Counted from the stretch's first letter, positions 1 through 12,100 are shown. The stretch: DNA of 64,000 nt from Rhodosorus marinus CCMP1338 (GCA_029953675.1 JAMWBK010000001.1:868001-932000); one strand, 5' to 3'. Numbers and translations: made by a program. The notes: a model not told the origin generated them from the sequence alone.

Positions 1-1249
1 ATCCCTCCCTCCGTCCTCAAAGCGACATCTCATCAAAACATCAAACCCCCCCACCTCCCCCCCCTCCACTTCCCCGCCCTCCCCCAAAAACACGGATCAA
101 ACTCTCCTCAGAGCACACACTATAAGCCGCACGCGCAGAAACACTGTTCCTCAACACACCTTGCGCACGAAACACATGCCCGCTGCATCCCTTCCTCCCC
201 TCCCCCACGCCCCTCCCCTCCTCTCCCTCCCACCTCCTTCCCCAACCCAAGATCTTTGTTTCTTCCCGCGCCTTGCCCACTTCTACACTCCCTAATCCTC
301 TCTCCCAACAAGCCCCACAGACCGGCGAGGGTCTCCACTAGAAGTGAAGAGAAGTGCCCTTACTCCTCCTCCCTCCGTTAAAACTGGATCGGCAAAATAA
401 ACTAATAAAAAAGGACAGCGCGAGATGAATTCTATGCTATATATACCCAGATTTGAAAGCTTTTGCCATGGGAACCTGTACCCAGTAAGGGGAAAGAACT
501 CAATTGGCTCACGTTTTGTCTATTTGTTGATTCTAAATTTGGGACAAAAGGATTTTTAGGACGAAAACTAGGTGGGGTGGTTGAGCAAAAGGCCGTTAAG
601 GTTTTAGTTGACCGAAAAATACGTTCGGTATGTTGATAAATACTGTAATATAGGGAAAAAACATTATTTTATTGCACTCCACCCTTCGTTGGGTCCATGG
701 CTTTGGTGGTGTTGGGGCGCCAACTAGTCTCGGTAAACTTAAGATGACTAAAATAGTCAGAGCATGTGGGCTGGCTGGCCATTGTTTTCAAAACTGTTCA
801 CAAATTTGGACAACCCCCAATTTATCCCCGGAAGGAACTGGTACCCCTTCTCTATTCATCCCAAACATGCCTGAGCACCTACAATTCATTAAGTACTCGA
901 GCGGGTAGCCCCTAAGGGATATGAATGGCCTCCCCGTCCAACACCAAAAAGAGAGAAAGCGGTAAAGCTCTTACGAATTTACTCTGCTAGCTGTTTATTT
1001 TGATGGGAGTAGTTGCGGCCATAGTTGGGTTGCCCGCTTCCCCCACCCCCCCCCCTCTGGAGGCCCTCTTGGTGCTTCAATGAGCAGCGTAATAGACAAA
1101 GCTTAGGGTTGTGGTTCAAATTTTCAGCAGCCAGGAAGGAGTTCGTGGGCTTTTCTAGTATGAATATCCTCGTTCTCGGACAAAGCAGGAACAGCGGAGT
1201 CCAAATTCGCGTGGTGGGATTGTGCACAGATTTCATACTGATGTTCTCT

Positions 1250-2125
1250 TCAATGAGTTCGGTCTCGTCTTTGCTTGTTCCCTCGATTTTTGCAGTAGTA
1301 CTCAATGTCTTTCCAGTACGAAGCCGTGTAGACCTCACGCCACAAGTGTAACGTTTCACGGAGTTCCGTCTTCGCAAGATCGTAACCTTCTTTTGTCTTC
1401 GTGCTATGCCAAGTAGTCCCTTCGAAATCAACTTCTCCCCAGTACTGGCTGAAGAAGTCTGTCAGTCCCTGGTGGTCGTCAACATCAATCTCATAGTCAT
1501 ACTCAACCTCGTCCACTTGACAAAAGTCCACCTGAGGCCATACATGAGGATCGTGTCGGCTAGTAGTTATGAAGTCGTGTAACTCATTAAAAAGCAAATC
1601 CGGGCTCTGTATCCTATATTTGTGGCGGTAGAGCGTGGCCGCCAAGGAGTTCGCGGGATGGTCCAGCTGAAACTTCTGCTGCCACAGTGAGACAAACCTG
1701 TCGACTGGATTTCTATAGATGAAGACCTTGGTGAAGTTTGTCTTCGGCAAGGAATCCCCTATTTTGCCGTATTTCCTGATGAACTGCCTTAATAAATGGG
1801 AAACAGTACGTCGGTTTCCACCATTCCGGGCCAAGTACCTAGTGAACACGTCTGTCAACTTTGTGATTCCCGATTTCGGCGTCACACATATGTACAGCTC
1901 GTTCTCCAAGTCCACAAGGGGCAGTGGGGATCCGTTGAGCCCGTAATCGTACCGCTCCATGCGAGGGGCGGCGGACGTGTAGTCACAGAAATCGACCACA
2001 TTCGATCTCACCGGCGTCTCCATATATAAAATTCCAGCAATGAGTACTGCAACAGCTCCGGAAAATACAATAGCTAGCGGAATTAGCCCCACGCCCGTCC
2101 TTGTTCTACTTGTCTTCTTCAACAT
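1250..2125 (-). CDS. Golgi-type carbohydrate sulfotransferase-like protein (Sulfotransfer_2/CHST-like), type II membrane
   Basis: Intronless ORF, likely ATG at 2125 (MLKKTSRTRTG). Single N-terminal hydrophobic anchor, 5'-PSB-like TPKSGITK, 3'-PB-like FIYRNPVDRFVSLW, and DPHVWPQVDFC. Confidence 0.75.
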   Translation of the reverse strand: MLKKTSRTRTGVGLIPLAIVFSGAVAVLIAGILYMETPVRSNVVDFCDYTSAAPRMERYDYGLNGSPLPLVDLENELYICVTPKSGITKLTDVFTRYLARNGGNRRTVSHLLRQFIRKYGKIGDSLPKTNFTKVFIYRNPVDRFVSLWQQKFQLDHPANSLAATLYRHKYRIQSPDLLFNELHDFITTSRHDPHVWPQVDFCQVDEVEYDYEIDVDDHQGLTDFFSQYWGEVDFEGTTWHSTKTKEGYDLAKTELRETLHLWREVYTASYWKDIEYYCKNRGNKQRRDRTH

Positions 2126-3770
2126 TGGTCCGGCGTTCTGAACCTCAATCCCTGCCCCAATCCAAAAACATTCCTCCTGGTGTCTGTCTCCCCTAGAGCA
2201 CAATTCCCTTGAGGTTTCACTTACATACTAAGCCCTCAGCAGCCACAATCCTCCCTTCGTCCCTCCCAATCGCTCCTATTGATTGAGGCGCATCCAGCAA
2301 CGCCAACCGTCAAGCCCTTTGACTTCCACCCACGAAGGGCTCTCTACCTCTCGTCACCTCTTGTCTCCCAGTAGAAAAGTTGCAGCGGACTCTCGCATTT
2401 TCTCGTCCATTTCTGTCTTACTTTAAGGCACGACAAGCTTGGGATAGTGCTATCCAACCTTTTCGCTTGCTAAATATTTCCTATATTTGCGCATTTAGAA
2501 GAACAGTTCTTTCCAACTTGATATCCAAAAAGACGTTTGTTTTACTATTTTAAGGCCCAACTCTTGCTATTCGCATCGGCCTTCGGGTTTTCTAGACCGT
2601 GGTGATATATATATGATATCGCGCCATTAGTATAGTTGGAAGGACCGGCCGGATAGCGTCGCTGGGATAGTATATCCGGTGGATGGATTGTATACTGTAG
2701 ACATGAGGAAGAATCATTGAGGACATTGAGGACGGTCACAAGAAGCCGGCATGCAATGGCAGACGTTGATTACCAAGGCCGAAGTGATGGGCTTCTGGGA
2801 CAGGGAACAGGAAAAGAAGCCACCGAAGTTTCGAGAAATACGACGAAGGTCAACTATTTCTAACAGGTTTATTCTTACCTACATGTACCTAATTCTCGTA
2901 CTTTGCTAAACTACTTTAGGTCGTGTTGACCAAGGGTCGTGTTGACCATGGGTTTTAGATCTCAACAAGGTCCGCGCGTCTTCCTTTATTCAAGAGCCAA
3001 TAGGCTGTTTGTTAGGACTACGGGATGCTGGATTCAGCGAGTCTCCGATCAACGGTACCCGCCTCTCGCCTCTTGCAAACAAGGCTAGAGAGCTGCCATA
3101 GCAGCTCCAAACCGGTGCACCTATCGGAGCCACCGCATGGGTCGCCGTTGTATCGAATGAGCCCCACTAGGTACCTCCTGGGCGGTTGTTTTTGGTAGCT
3201 TGTACCTTTTGAAGGTGTTCAGGGCATCCGCGTCCCTCAATGACAAGCATCCCGTCTTCCTCAGGCCGCAACGCAGGGCCATTAAATCTGACCCCTGCCT
3301 TAACATCGCCAGGTTCGTTCTTAGCAATGAGTTCAAGTGGGCACTTTTTTGTTTGTGTTTTGGTCGCTTTGTATATTTCGACGAATGCTTAAGACGTTCA
3401 TGTCCCTCGACACTACCTGTGAATCATCAAACCGCCTCACCGTCTTCCCCACCGGACTCTGGGATCGGGGTTGGAAGTGCCCCCAGCTGAGGGGATAGCT
3501 GCCTAACGGCTGAACTTCCCTCTCCCGGTCTTCCGCAGCTTTCTTCGTGTCGCGGTAATGGACTGGTCAGTGAAGGCGATGGTGTTATGGAGACGGAAAG
3601 TTTGGGCGGATGATAATGCTGATCTGGGAACGGAAAGGATAAGGACGAAGTCGTTACTGGATTGGACGGTCGAAAAGGGACTGCCTGCCTCCTCATTTCG
3701 GTTGGACACGGTCTGGAAATTGTTTTGAGAAGGTGAGCGCTCACTGGAGCTTGGGATTGATCGGGTTGTA

Positions 3771-4670
3771 ATGCAGAGACGTAAAACAGACTCGAAATTT
3801 TTCGTCCCGAATGGAGCTGTGTTTGGTGCTTGTGTCCTACTGCTTGCGCTTGCCGTAGCGCTGACCTTGAAAACGGCAGTTCAGCCAGCGTTGTTCATGC
3901 CGGAATCGGACTTTTGCGACTACACGTCGAACTACTTCGAGGAGACAAGACACACATACCAGTACAACCGGAACGAGCAGCAGCCAATTGTAGACAATTT
4001 TAATAGGGTATATATCTGTGTAGCGTCAAAATGTGGGATTACGAAGATGCAGAGCTCGTTCCACAGATACGTGATGGCGAAGCAGAAAGGGAAAACTGTG
4101 CGAGGTAGGTTTGGCGTAATGAAGCAGGCGTGGGAGAAGTTTCGGAAAGAATTTGGTGAATTCGATGTGTCATTGCCGAAATCAAATTACACGAAGATCT
4201 TCGTTTACAGGAATCCGATGAGCAGAACGATCTCTCTCTGGAATGACAAGTTCCAATCACCAGATCAACTGTGTATGACCTCACGAGCCATGCTCGCCAA
4301 ATACCGCTTATTTCGGATTGAGATCCTCCTGGACTCATTGTACGACTGGGTTATGCTCTACAGAGATCGTCACCTCTTCCCTCAGACAGAATTGTGCATG
4401 GTGGACACGGCAAACTACGACCTAATGGTGGATATTGATGACAAGGCACAACTCACCAGTGTTTTCGGACGTATTTGGGGAGAGGATGTCGTTAATTTCG
4501 ATTCGGGTACTGCCCACTCAACCAAGGAGAAGTACACGGATGCGTATCGAGCCGAGCTTCGGCAGAAGATCGAGCTATGGCGGGAACCTTACACCGGCGT
4601 ATATTGGAAAGACATAGACTTCTACTGCAAGCATCAGGGAAAGAAGAAAACCTCTTTGCGTCAGATGTAA
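3771..4670 (+). CDS. Golgi-type carbohydrate sulfotransferase-like protein, paralog of 1250-2125
   Basis: 299-aa ORF with TM anchor, ASKCGITK, FVYRNPMSRTISLW and DRHLFPQTELC. Colinear with the minus-strand paralog, which shares DFCDYTS, SLPKxNxTK and YWKDIxxYCK. Confidence 0.75.
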   Translation: MQRRKTDSKFFVPNGAVFGACVLLLALAVALTLKTAVQPALFMPESDFCDYTSNYFEETRHTYQYNRNEQQPIVDNFNRVYICVASKCGITKMQSSFHRYVMAKQKGKTVRGRFGVMKQAWEKFRKEFGEFDVSLPKSNYTKIFVYRNPMSRTISLWNDKFQSPDQLCMTSRAMLAKYRLFRIEILLDSLYDWVMLYRDRHLFPQTELCMVDTANYDLMVDIDDKAQLTSVFGRIWGEDVVNFDSGTAHSTKEKYTDAYRAELRQKIELWREPYTGVYWKDIDFYCKHQGKKKTSLRQM

Positions 4671-5623
4671 TAGAACGATGTCCAAGCACTTCCTCGATGA
4701 AAGCCGAGCAGTTGTTGAACCTTTACTGAGCTGGAGGAGGACATGACCATGTGGATCCTACCGAGGGAAGCGCATCGGCGGCTGGTAAGATGATACGTCA
4801 AGATCACAGTGTGGTTCTTGAATCGTACAAGCTTGGATGGCATTCGTGAGCACCTGGAAGGGTCGGCCCCTCACGGTCAACCTCCAGCAGGTGTGATGAA
4901 TATTCATGCAGGCTACGGATTAGTACTCAGCGTCGCAAACATGGCGCACTTGTCGAGCAGTTTACGATGTGCAATTGATAAATAAACAAGAGAAGCGGAG
5001 GACAAAGGACACCTCAGGTGATGCGGGGTTGTTTTCGGTTAGTTTTTACTGGAGGGAACTCACCGTGCAGAGGCGCTACGAATCCAAGGAGAAAAACCAT
5101 ACATACTTGAGCGCGGTCTACGGCTACTCCTACTTCTACTACTCAACCAGCATTACGACCGTAGAGACGAGCCAGGTGGTGGTTCTCCAGCAGCCGCGAT
5201 TAAGAGCCCGAAGCCTCTGGGGAATCACTGTTCGCGTGCTCACTCGCTCATCCATAGGATTTAATCGGGATCGAACTGAAGTTCTTCAGCATAAGCAACG
5301 ACGTTGTTGTAGTACAGACCTTTGTGTTGTCCGGCATAGAGACCTGCTACTCCTGGGGTGAGGTTCTTCTTGAATGCGGAAGCTACTTCTAGACCGGATG
5401 GAACGCAACAAATGTTGCGATGCCAGGTTCTATCCGTGGGTGAGCTCCGCTCAAGAGGGCGAGAGGTATTGAGACTGCGAAGGATCAACCTCTGCCAGGT
5501 TTGAGGTTGTTCGTCAGCTCTTTCGACCGGCTACTGCTGCTTGCATCGTGTCCATGGTGAGGCGCTCAATGGCATTCGCCCTATCATCTCGACTGATTCA
5601 AGCCACAATTTTGTGGTTTCCTG

Positions 5624-5870
5624 GAAACTGACAACCCCGGGTGGGTGTCCTACGAGAGCGAACGGGAGTCACAAGTGCATGACTACCAACTAGTCACTAA
5701 ACACTAACTGCTAAAACTACTGGCACTCTCATAGCTACGAAGTGCATCCCAGTTCTTCCCGTACCCCGAGCAATATGGCCCTAAACAGATGTGTTCGCAA
5801 CTCGTGGCTAGTCCTGAAGAACTGGAGCGTCCCGAACCTGAATCTTAGGGAAGCCCAGAACTAGTTTTGC
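5624..5870 (-). mobile_element. 3' remnant of a non-LTR element sharing the family B terminal motif
   Basis: The reverse complement of 5624-5655 (TCGTAGGACACCCACCCGGGGTTGTCAGTTTC) matches the sequence ending both family B copies (16921-16952, 23139-23170). It is preceded by a short ORF end (..RAILLGVREELGCTS*). Confidence 0.45.
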
Positions 5871-5987
5871 TTTTGCTTCTTGCATTACAAGCCTCCAATC
5901 CAATTCGCGGGGACTCCAATTGTTTTTATTTTTTTTTGTGGAACACTCGACGTTGAGAATTTTACGCGTTCCTACACTTTTTTATGC

Positions 5988-6071
5988 TTTGTTTTACACT
6001 TTGTTTTACACTTTGTCTTACACTTTGTTTTACACTTTGTTTTACACTTTGTTTTACACTTTGTTTTACAC
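5988..6071. repeat. 12-bp minisatellite (TTTGTTTTACAC)x7 with degenerate flanks
   Basis: Seven tandem units read directly, one with a T>C change. Degenerate units extend over about 5960-6150. Confidence 0.95.
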
Positions 6072-6320
6072 TTTTTACACTGTTAACACTTTGTACTCTT
6101 TTTACGCGTTTTACACTAAGTTTTCAAACTTTTTTTAAACTTTTTTACACTGGAGCTATGGTCGACCGACCCTATAGTAGACCTTTCTTGCTTTCGAAGC
6201 AAAGCCAACCGAACGGAGATGTGTCACACAGCGGGGAAGAGCAAGGAGTAGGGTAGGGGCAATCAGCCGATCAATCCTCGGGGACGCTCGTAAGAATGAA
6301 AAAGTTAGAATTATCCATTT

Positions 6321-6407
6321 ATATATAGACGTTTATCCAAAACACTCTAAAAGCTCAGAACGGAAAGATATTCAGGGGTTCTCAAAGGCGCGGAACTTCA
6401 TGTAGTT
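6321..6407 (+). repeat. ~90-bp direct repeat, copy 1 (partner at 29697-29793)
   Basis: TTATCCAAAA(A)CACTCYAAAAGC...TCAGAA...AAGAYATTCAGGGGTTCTCAAARGCGCGG(G)AACTTCATGTAGTT is present at both sites, roughly 80% identical by eye. Confidence 0.85.
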
Positions 6408-6426
6408 CTTGCTAGACAGCCCTTCC

Positions 6427-7090
6427 ATCAGGTTTATTCAGAGGCTAACTACCCTGAGAAGCGAGAGACAAGACGCTGATGACGCACGTCTACAAATAAT
6501 GCAGCATTTGAGCGCCACAGGGTCAAAAAAAGCTCCGTGAGCAGATTATCTAGACGCCCTGGGTCGTTGCGAAAGATACCTCGCAGCCAGCGAGAACCTG
6601 CACTATCTATCAAGTCAAAGCACTCAATAATGAGGGGGGGAAACCGGTATGTCATCGCCGAATCTCGAAAGGTAGGGTTTCACCTCGCTGCCGCGTACTG
6701 CGATTCTTCCACAAGCCACATGGACCGAGCTGCAGCTCCTCGACACCGAGCGGTCGCTGGCAGGTACCTGGTCGCCTGAGGACAAGGGATGGAGAGGTCA
6801 ATGTACTCACTGCGAAACACATTTAGGTCAGTCCGAACGAGATCCGCCACCCGCTGTACCGCTGGGCGTCACTCTCGTCAGCAATTTCCGATGCCACCGC
6901 CAGGGGGACCTCATATTCCACTTCTCGGTCCGTACCGAGCGATTGAGAACGAAGGTAGCGGAAGAGCAAGCGGTTGAGCCGCGTATGGCGTCTGGTCCGG
7001 GTCCCTTGAACCTCCGCACAAGACGCCCACAAATGCGCACCATAATCGTATCGTTCACGGCACATTGGCCCCGCATAATGCACATCGAGA
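6427..7090 (-). mobile_element. Family A1 5'-truncated copy (zinc knuckle to 3' end)
   Basis: ORF pieces 6449-6655 and 6823-7083 match the C-terminus of the 8622-12392 element. Confidence 0.9.
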
Positions 7091-8328
7091 ATGATGATCC
7101 GTTTATTCAGAGGCTAACTACCCTGAGAAGCGAGAGACAAGACGCTGATGACGCACGTCCACAAACAAAGCAGAATTGGAGCGCCACAGGGTCAAAGAAA
7201 GCTCCGTGAGCAGACTATCTAAACGCCCTGGGCCGTTGCGAAACAGAGCTCGCAGCCAGCGAGAACCTACACTATCTATCAAGCCAAAGCACTCAATAAT
7301 GAGGGGGGAAATTGCTGATGAGAGTGACGCCCCAGCGGTACAGCGGGTGGCGGATCTCGTTGTGACAGACCTCAATGCGCGTGGCAGTGAGTACATTGAC
7401 CTCTCCATCCCTTGTCCTCAGGCGACCAGGTACCTGCCTGCGTCGGCTCGGCGTCGAGGAGCTGCAGCTCGGTCCATGCGGCAAGTGAAAGATTCGCACT
7501 ACGCGGCAGCGATGTCAAACCCTACCTACCTTTCGCGATTCGGCGGTGACATGCCGGTTCGTCCCCCTCATTGTTGAGTGCTTTGGCTTGATAGATAGTG
7601 TAGGTTCTCGCTGGCTGCGAGCTCTGTTTCGCAACGACCCAGGGCGTTTAGATAGTCTGCTCACGGAGCTTTCCTTGCCCCTGTGGCGCTCCAATTCTGC
7701 TTTGTTTGTGGACGTGCGTCATCAGCGTCTTGTCTCTCGCTTCTCAGGGTAGTTAGCCTCTGAATAAACGGACAATGAGGGGGGACGAACTGGTATGTCA
7801 CCGCCGAATCGCGAAAGGTAGGTAGGGTTTGACATCGCTGCCGCGTAGTGCGAATCTTTCACTTGCCGCATGGACCGAGCTGCAGCTCCTCGACGCCGAG
7901 CCGACGCAGGCAGGTACCTGGTCGCCTGAGGACAAGGGATGGAGAGGTCAATGTACTCACTGCGACGCGCATTGAGGTCTGTCACAACGAGATCCGCCAC
8001 CCGCTGTACCGCTGGGGCGTCACTCTCATCAGCAATTTCCGATGCCACCGCCAGAGCGACTTCATACTCCACTTCTCGGTCTGTACCGAGCGATTGAGAA
8101 CGAAGGTAGCGGAAAAGCAAGCGGTTGAGCCGCGTATGGCGTCTGGTCCGGGCCCCTTGAACCTCCGCACAAGACGCCAACAGATGCGCACCATAATCAC
8201 CAGACGCCATACGCGGCTCAACCGCTTGCTTTTCCGCTACCTTCGTTCTCAATCCCTCGAGAATCCCGCTCAGCAGGCCAAGTGGGTTGCCCCAACCCCA
8301 GGCACAGTCGTAAGCTTACACGAAGTTC
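7091..8328 (-). mobile_element. Family A1 minus-strand copy interrupted by a plus-strand A1 insertion
   Basis: 3' end with (ATC)n tail at 7091-7100. The host is interrupted at 7308, resumes at 7774 and runs to about 8200/8328. Confidence 0.8.
7309..7773 (+). mobile_element. Family A1 3' fragment inserted antiparallel, flanked by AATGAGGGGGG
   Basis: AATGAGGGGGG at 7298-7308 and 7774-7784 flanks a 465-nt piece running from EIADES.. to the 3' terminus. Confidence 0.85.
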
Positions 8329-8365
8329 TCAGGGTAGTTAGCCTCTGAATAAACGGATCATCATC
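8329..8365 (+). mobile_element. 37-nt family A 3'-terminal stub with TSD AAGTTC
   Basis: AAGTTC(8323-8328)-TCAGGGTAGTTAGCCTCTGAATAAACGGATCATCATC-AAGTTC(8366-8371), inside a minus-strand A sequence. Confidence 0.85.
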
Positions 8366-8656
8366 AAGTTCGAGAAGTTTCCTAAAAACCCTTTCGTGGG
8401 ACATACATCTGGACTCGTATGCCACCCTTCTGAGTTTACCTTCGTGCTCGGCGTCGACTTGCGCTCGGCGTCGACTTTGGCTCGCCTGCGCGGTTTGGGG
8501 GGGAGTCTCAGCTCCCGTTTCTTCACGGTCATACCTGCGTATCCGCGGTTGGCGCTTACCGATCTCGAACTTAGATCATCTCGAACTTAGATCCGTTTAT
8601 TCAGAGCGGGATTCTAGATCCGCGAATAAGGTTTTGACACGCCCCGCGTTTCGTTA

Positions 8657-9140
8657 ATGCTTGATTTTGATCGTTTCTCTGCGGAATTCCTCGCCCCTTC
8701 GGATCGATCTCCTTGGCGCTCGCGCAGAGGACATTCTGACCTTGGCGGTTTCGGCCCATTTTGAACGGCTTTCAAGGGTTCAGAAAAACCTGCTAGATCC
8801 GCTCCCAAATAGGGGTTTCCTCCATGCTGCCGTCCAAGATTTCCTTGCCTCGGAAACTTCGCTTTTGGAGAATCATCCTGACTTTGCTCAGGTGTTTCCC
8901 GCCGGGCGTCTTTCTGTCGGTGCGGAGCCTTGTGACGACGTGGGGGAACTACCCTCTATGGATGTAAATGTCGATCCAGAGGTGGACCCGCTCGCCATTG
9001 AGCCGAGCACCTCTTCGCCCTTTGGCGTCCGGGGGAGGGTCTCCGGCTCCTTAGGGGCTCTATGCATCCCTCTCCTCTTTGCGTGCCCCTCCGCTCAAGC
9101 GCCCCTTGTTGGCGCCAGTTGCGGTGGGAAATTCTTCTGA
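8657..9140 (+). pseudogene. Short upstream ORF1 / N-terminal region of family A, unknown function
   Basis: ATG at 8657 (MLDFDRFSAEFLAPSD). A GATC duplication near 8702 shifts the frame into the listed 8661-9140 ORF. The homologous frame is open in the 15314-15661 minus copy. Confidence 0.55.
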
Positions 9141-9193
9141 TTCCGTTGCGGATTCGCGTCCCGTAGACGCGTCCTCCGTGGTGAGGGAGCAGG

Positions 9194-12100
9194 ATGTCTG
9201 AGTCTTTTAGGGAACATTGCGAGCTTCCTGCTTTCTTTCTGAGCCCAGGTAGCTTTGAGGACTGGCGTTCTCGCCTTTTCTCTTGGTTCGAAGGTTTTGT
9301 TGGGCGTTTTCCTTCTGGGGATATCCCTCTTTGCCCTCGTTCGCCCCCAGTCTCTCTCCCCCATCGTTTGCGCAGAAGGGTTTCTTTTCTTTTGGATTTC
9401 CTGCTTATGGAGGTGGCCGACCATCCTCAAGCAGCACTTGCTTGGAAGCTTTTGTTTTTTTTTCCTCGGCTAGTGCTCACGGTCTCCAAGGGGCGCGATG
9501 CATGTCCAATTAGACGCAAAGTTCAGTCCTTTCTGGCTGGGGACTTTGCTTTCTTAGAATCTTTATACCTCGCTAGTATCTCTTCTTCCTCTTCGGGCGG
9601 GACTTCACCTTCTTCTCGTTCCCGCAGGCAGGCACGGGCAAAGGCAGCAGTGGCACAGGGGGATATTCGGCGTGGGGCGGCCATCCTCCAGCAAGGCGCT
9701 TTAGTCGAGCCGTACCGGACTGACCTGGCTGATCCAGTCGCCGCGTTGTTCCCTGCGCGCGACGTGAGTTGAAACTCTGAGTTCCAGCGTGTCTTAGATC
9801 CTTTTGTCGATTCCTCACGCGGCAGGGGTCGGTTGCTTGTTCGGCCGGATGAGGTTCTGGCTCTGCTTAGGTCCGCCCCGAAAGGTCGTGCACCTGGTCC
9901 CTCAGGACTCCGGGTCGAACTTTTCACTGGTTGGGTGAAGAAGGGCTGGACGCCCTTGCGCGGGTACTGGAGGGTCTTGTCAATGGGGACGAATTTTGCG
10001 CAGAGGCCTGGGCACTATTGTCGCGCTCCCTGGTCCTCTTGCCCAAGCCTGGACCTTCAGACCAGACACCTTCCCTTCGGCCAATCGGGATGTGCGAAGC
10101 ATTGCGGAAGCTGCCGAGTCGCTTTCTATCGCGTCAGCTCACTGGGGAGGCCAGGGTTTTTTTTTGGGTTGACCCAGGTCGGTACAGCCACCTGAATAGC
10201 CGACACCGGCTATTCAGGTGGCTGTGAACTGGTGACGCGTATCCTGCAGCTGGACGGTCTCCGCGATGAGCCCTTGGGCCCGCTTTCTGTGGATTTCGCC
10301 AACGCGTTTAACAGTGTGTCTCGAGCACACGCGCTTGAGGTAGTTCGTCAGCTTTTCCCCTCTGGCTTCCCGCTCTTACGCCGCGTCTCTGGTGAAGCGC
10401 CGAACGGGCCCGATTTGTCACCTTGGGTGCCGAGAGCCACACCTTTGCGGCTCATACGGGTGTGCAGCAGGGGGATCCCGGGCCGTTCCTGCACGCCTGT
10501 GGATTGCAACTGGTGCTGTTGCGGCTGAAACATCAGTTCCCGCGGGTCCGTGCGGTAGCCTTCCATGACGATGTGACGCTTCTTGGCACTCCCGACGATC
10601 TGGTGCCGGCCTACGATTTTCTCGGCGAAGTGGCTTCCTTGGTGGGGCTGCGTATCAACCATGCAAAGTGCGATTTTCGGGGGGGGGGGTCTCACTGCAC
10701 CGCGGACGCGGTTCCATCCAGGTTCCGAGATATTTGGCGAGCTGCGGGCTTCCTTCTGTTCGGTGTCCCCGTAGGCAGCCCGATATTTGTTGAACGCAGC
10801 CTCTCCGCGCTCCTGAGTCATCACGATGAGCTCCTGACTGAGCTGTGCAGTCTCCCAGAAGGGTAGCTCCAGACCGCTCTGCTCATCTTCCGGTTCAGCG
10901 CGTGCCAGCGGCTGACCTATTTTTTGCGGCAGCTGCCCTCTCCGAGTGGGGGTCTTGGCTGGCGCTCCGCGCAGACCGACGAGCGAGGGACGTGCTAGGC
11001 ACGCTGATGGATGCTGAGCTATCTGTTTTGGGGGATGCAGAAAAGGACGTCCTTCACCGGCAGATTGCGCTGCTCGTGCGATTGGGCGGGCTGGCTGTGG
11101 GATCTTACGCGGCGATCCAGCCCGCGGCTGTGGTGAGTTCGTGGGCCAATGCGCTTAATACATGGTCTACGGAGTGTGATCCGCAGGTGAGTGGTTTGTT
11201 GACTGGACTTCGGGTTGGGCGACTGGACGGGACTCTGGCCCCAGGGCTCGGGTTTTTTTTTTCGGAACTGGAGGCCGCTTTTCAACAATGTACCGCCCTG
11301 CCGAGTGGTACCCAGGCTCGGTGCGATTCCTGGGCGGCAGTTCTTGACTCACTCGGTGGCCAGCGTTCGGGAGTCTCTGCTGCAGCACCGTCTGTTGGAA
11401 ATGGTGTAAAAACTGCCGAGGATATTGACGCCGTGGCTGTGCCCTCGAGACCGCCAGAGGAGGGCGTTTCCCGGTCGTGTCGTGCCCCTTCGAGGACCGA
11501 TGTAATCCTTTCGTGGCACATACATCGGGACTCGTATGCCACCCTTCGGAGTTTGCCTTCGTGCTCGGCGTCGACTTTGGCTCGCCTGCGCGGTTTGGGG
11601 GGGAGTCTCAGCTCCTGTTTCTTCTGTGTCATAGCTGCGTATCCGCGGTTGGCGCTTACCGATCTCGAACTTCGTGCAAGCTTACGACTTTCCCTGGGCT
11701 CGCCGCAACCCCCTTGGCCTGTTGAGCGGGATTCTAGATGCGCATTGTGCGGGGCCAATGTGCCGTAGGGTGATTATGGTGCGCATCTGTTGGCGTCTTG
11801 TGCGGAGGTTCAAGGGGCCCGGACCAGACGCCATACAAGGCTCAACCGCTTGCTTTTCCGCTACCTTCGTTCTCAATCGCTCGGTACGGATGGAGAAGTG
11901 GAGTATGAGGTCGCTCTGGCGGTGGCATCGGAAATTGCTGATGAGAGTGACGCCCCGGCGGTACAGCGGGTGGCGGACCTCGTTGTGCCTGACCTCAATG
12001 CGCGTGGCAGTGAGTACATTGACCTCTCCATCCCTTGTCCTCAGGCGACCAGGTACCTGCCTGCGTCGGCACGGCGTCGAGGAGCTGCAGCTCGGTCCAT

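Noticed and set aside
2545-5620. Short ORFs between and after the sulfotransferases (2545-2739, 3121-3744, 4969-5488)
   Set aside because: No recognisable motif and no consistent exon structure; possibly decayed repeats.
5880-6256. ORFs with HFVL/YTLF/CFTL repeats
   Set aside because: They are translations of the 12-bp minisatellite.
7298-7308. AATGAGGGGGG resembles the Cyanidioschyzon telomere unit AATGGGGGG
   Set aside because: It is the antisense of the element's own PLI codons and is not tandemly repeated.
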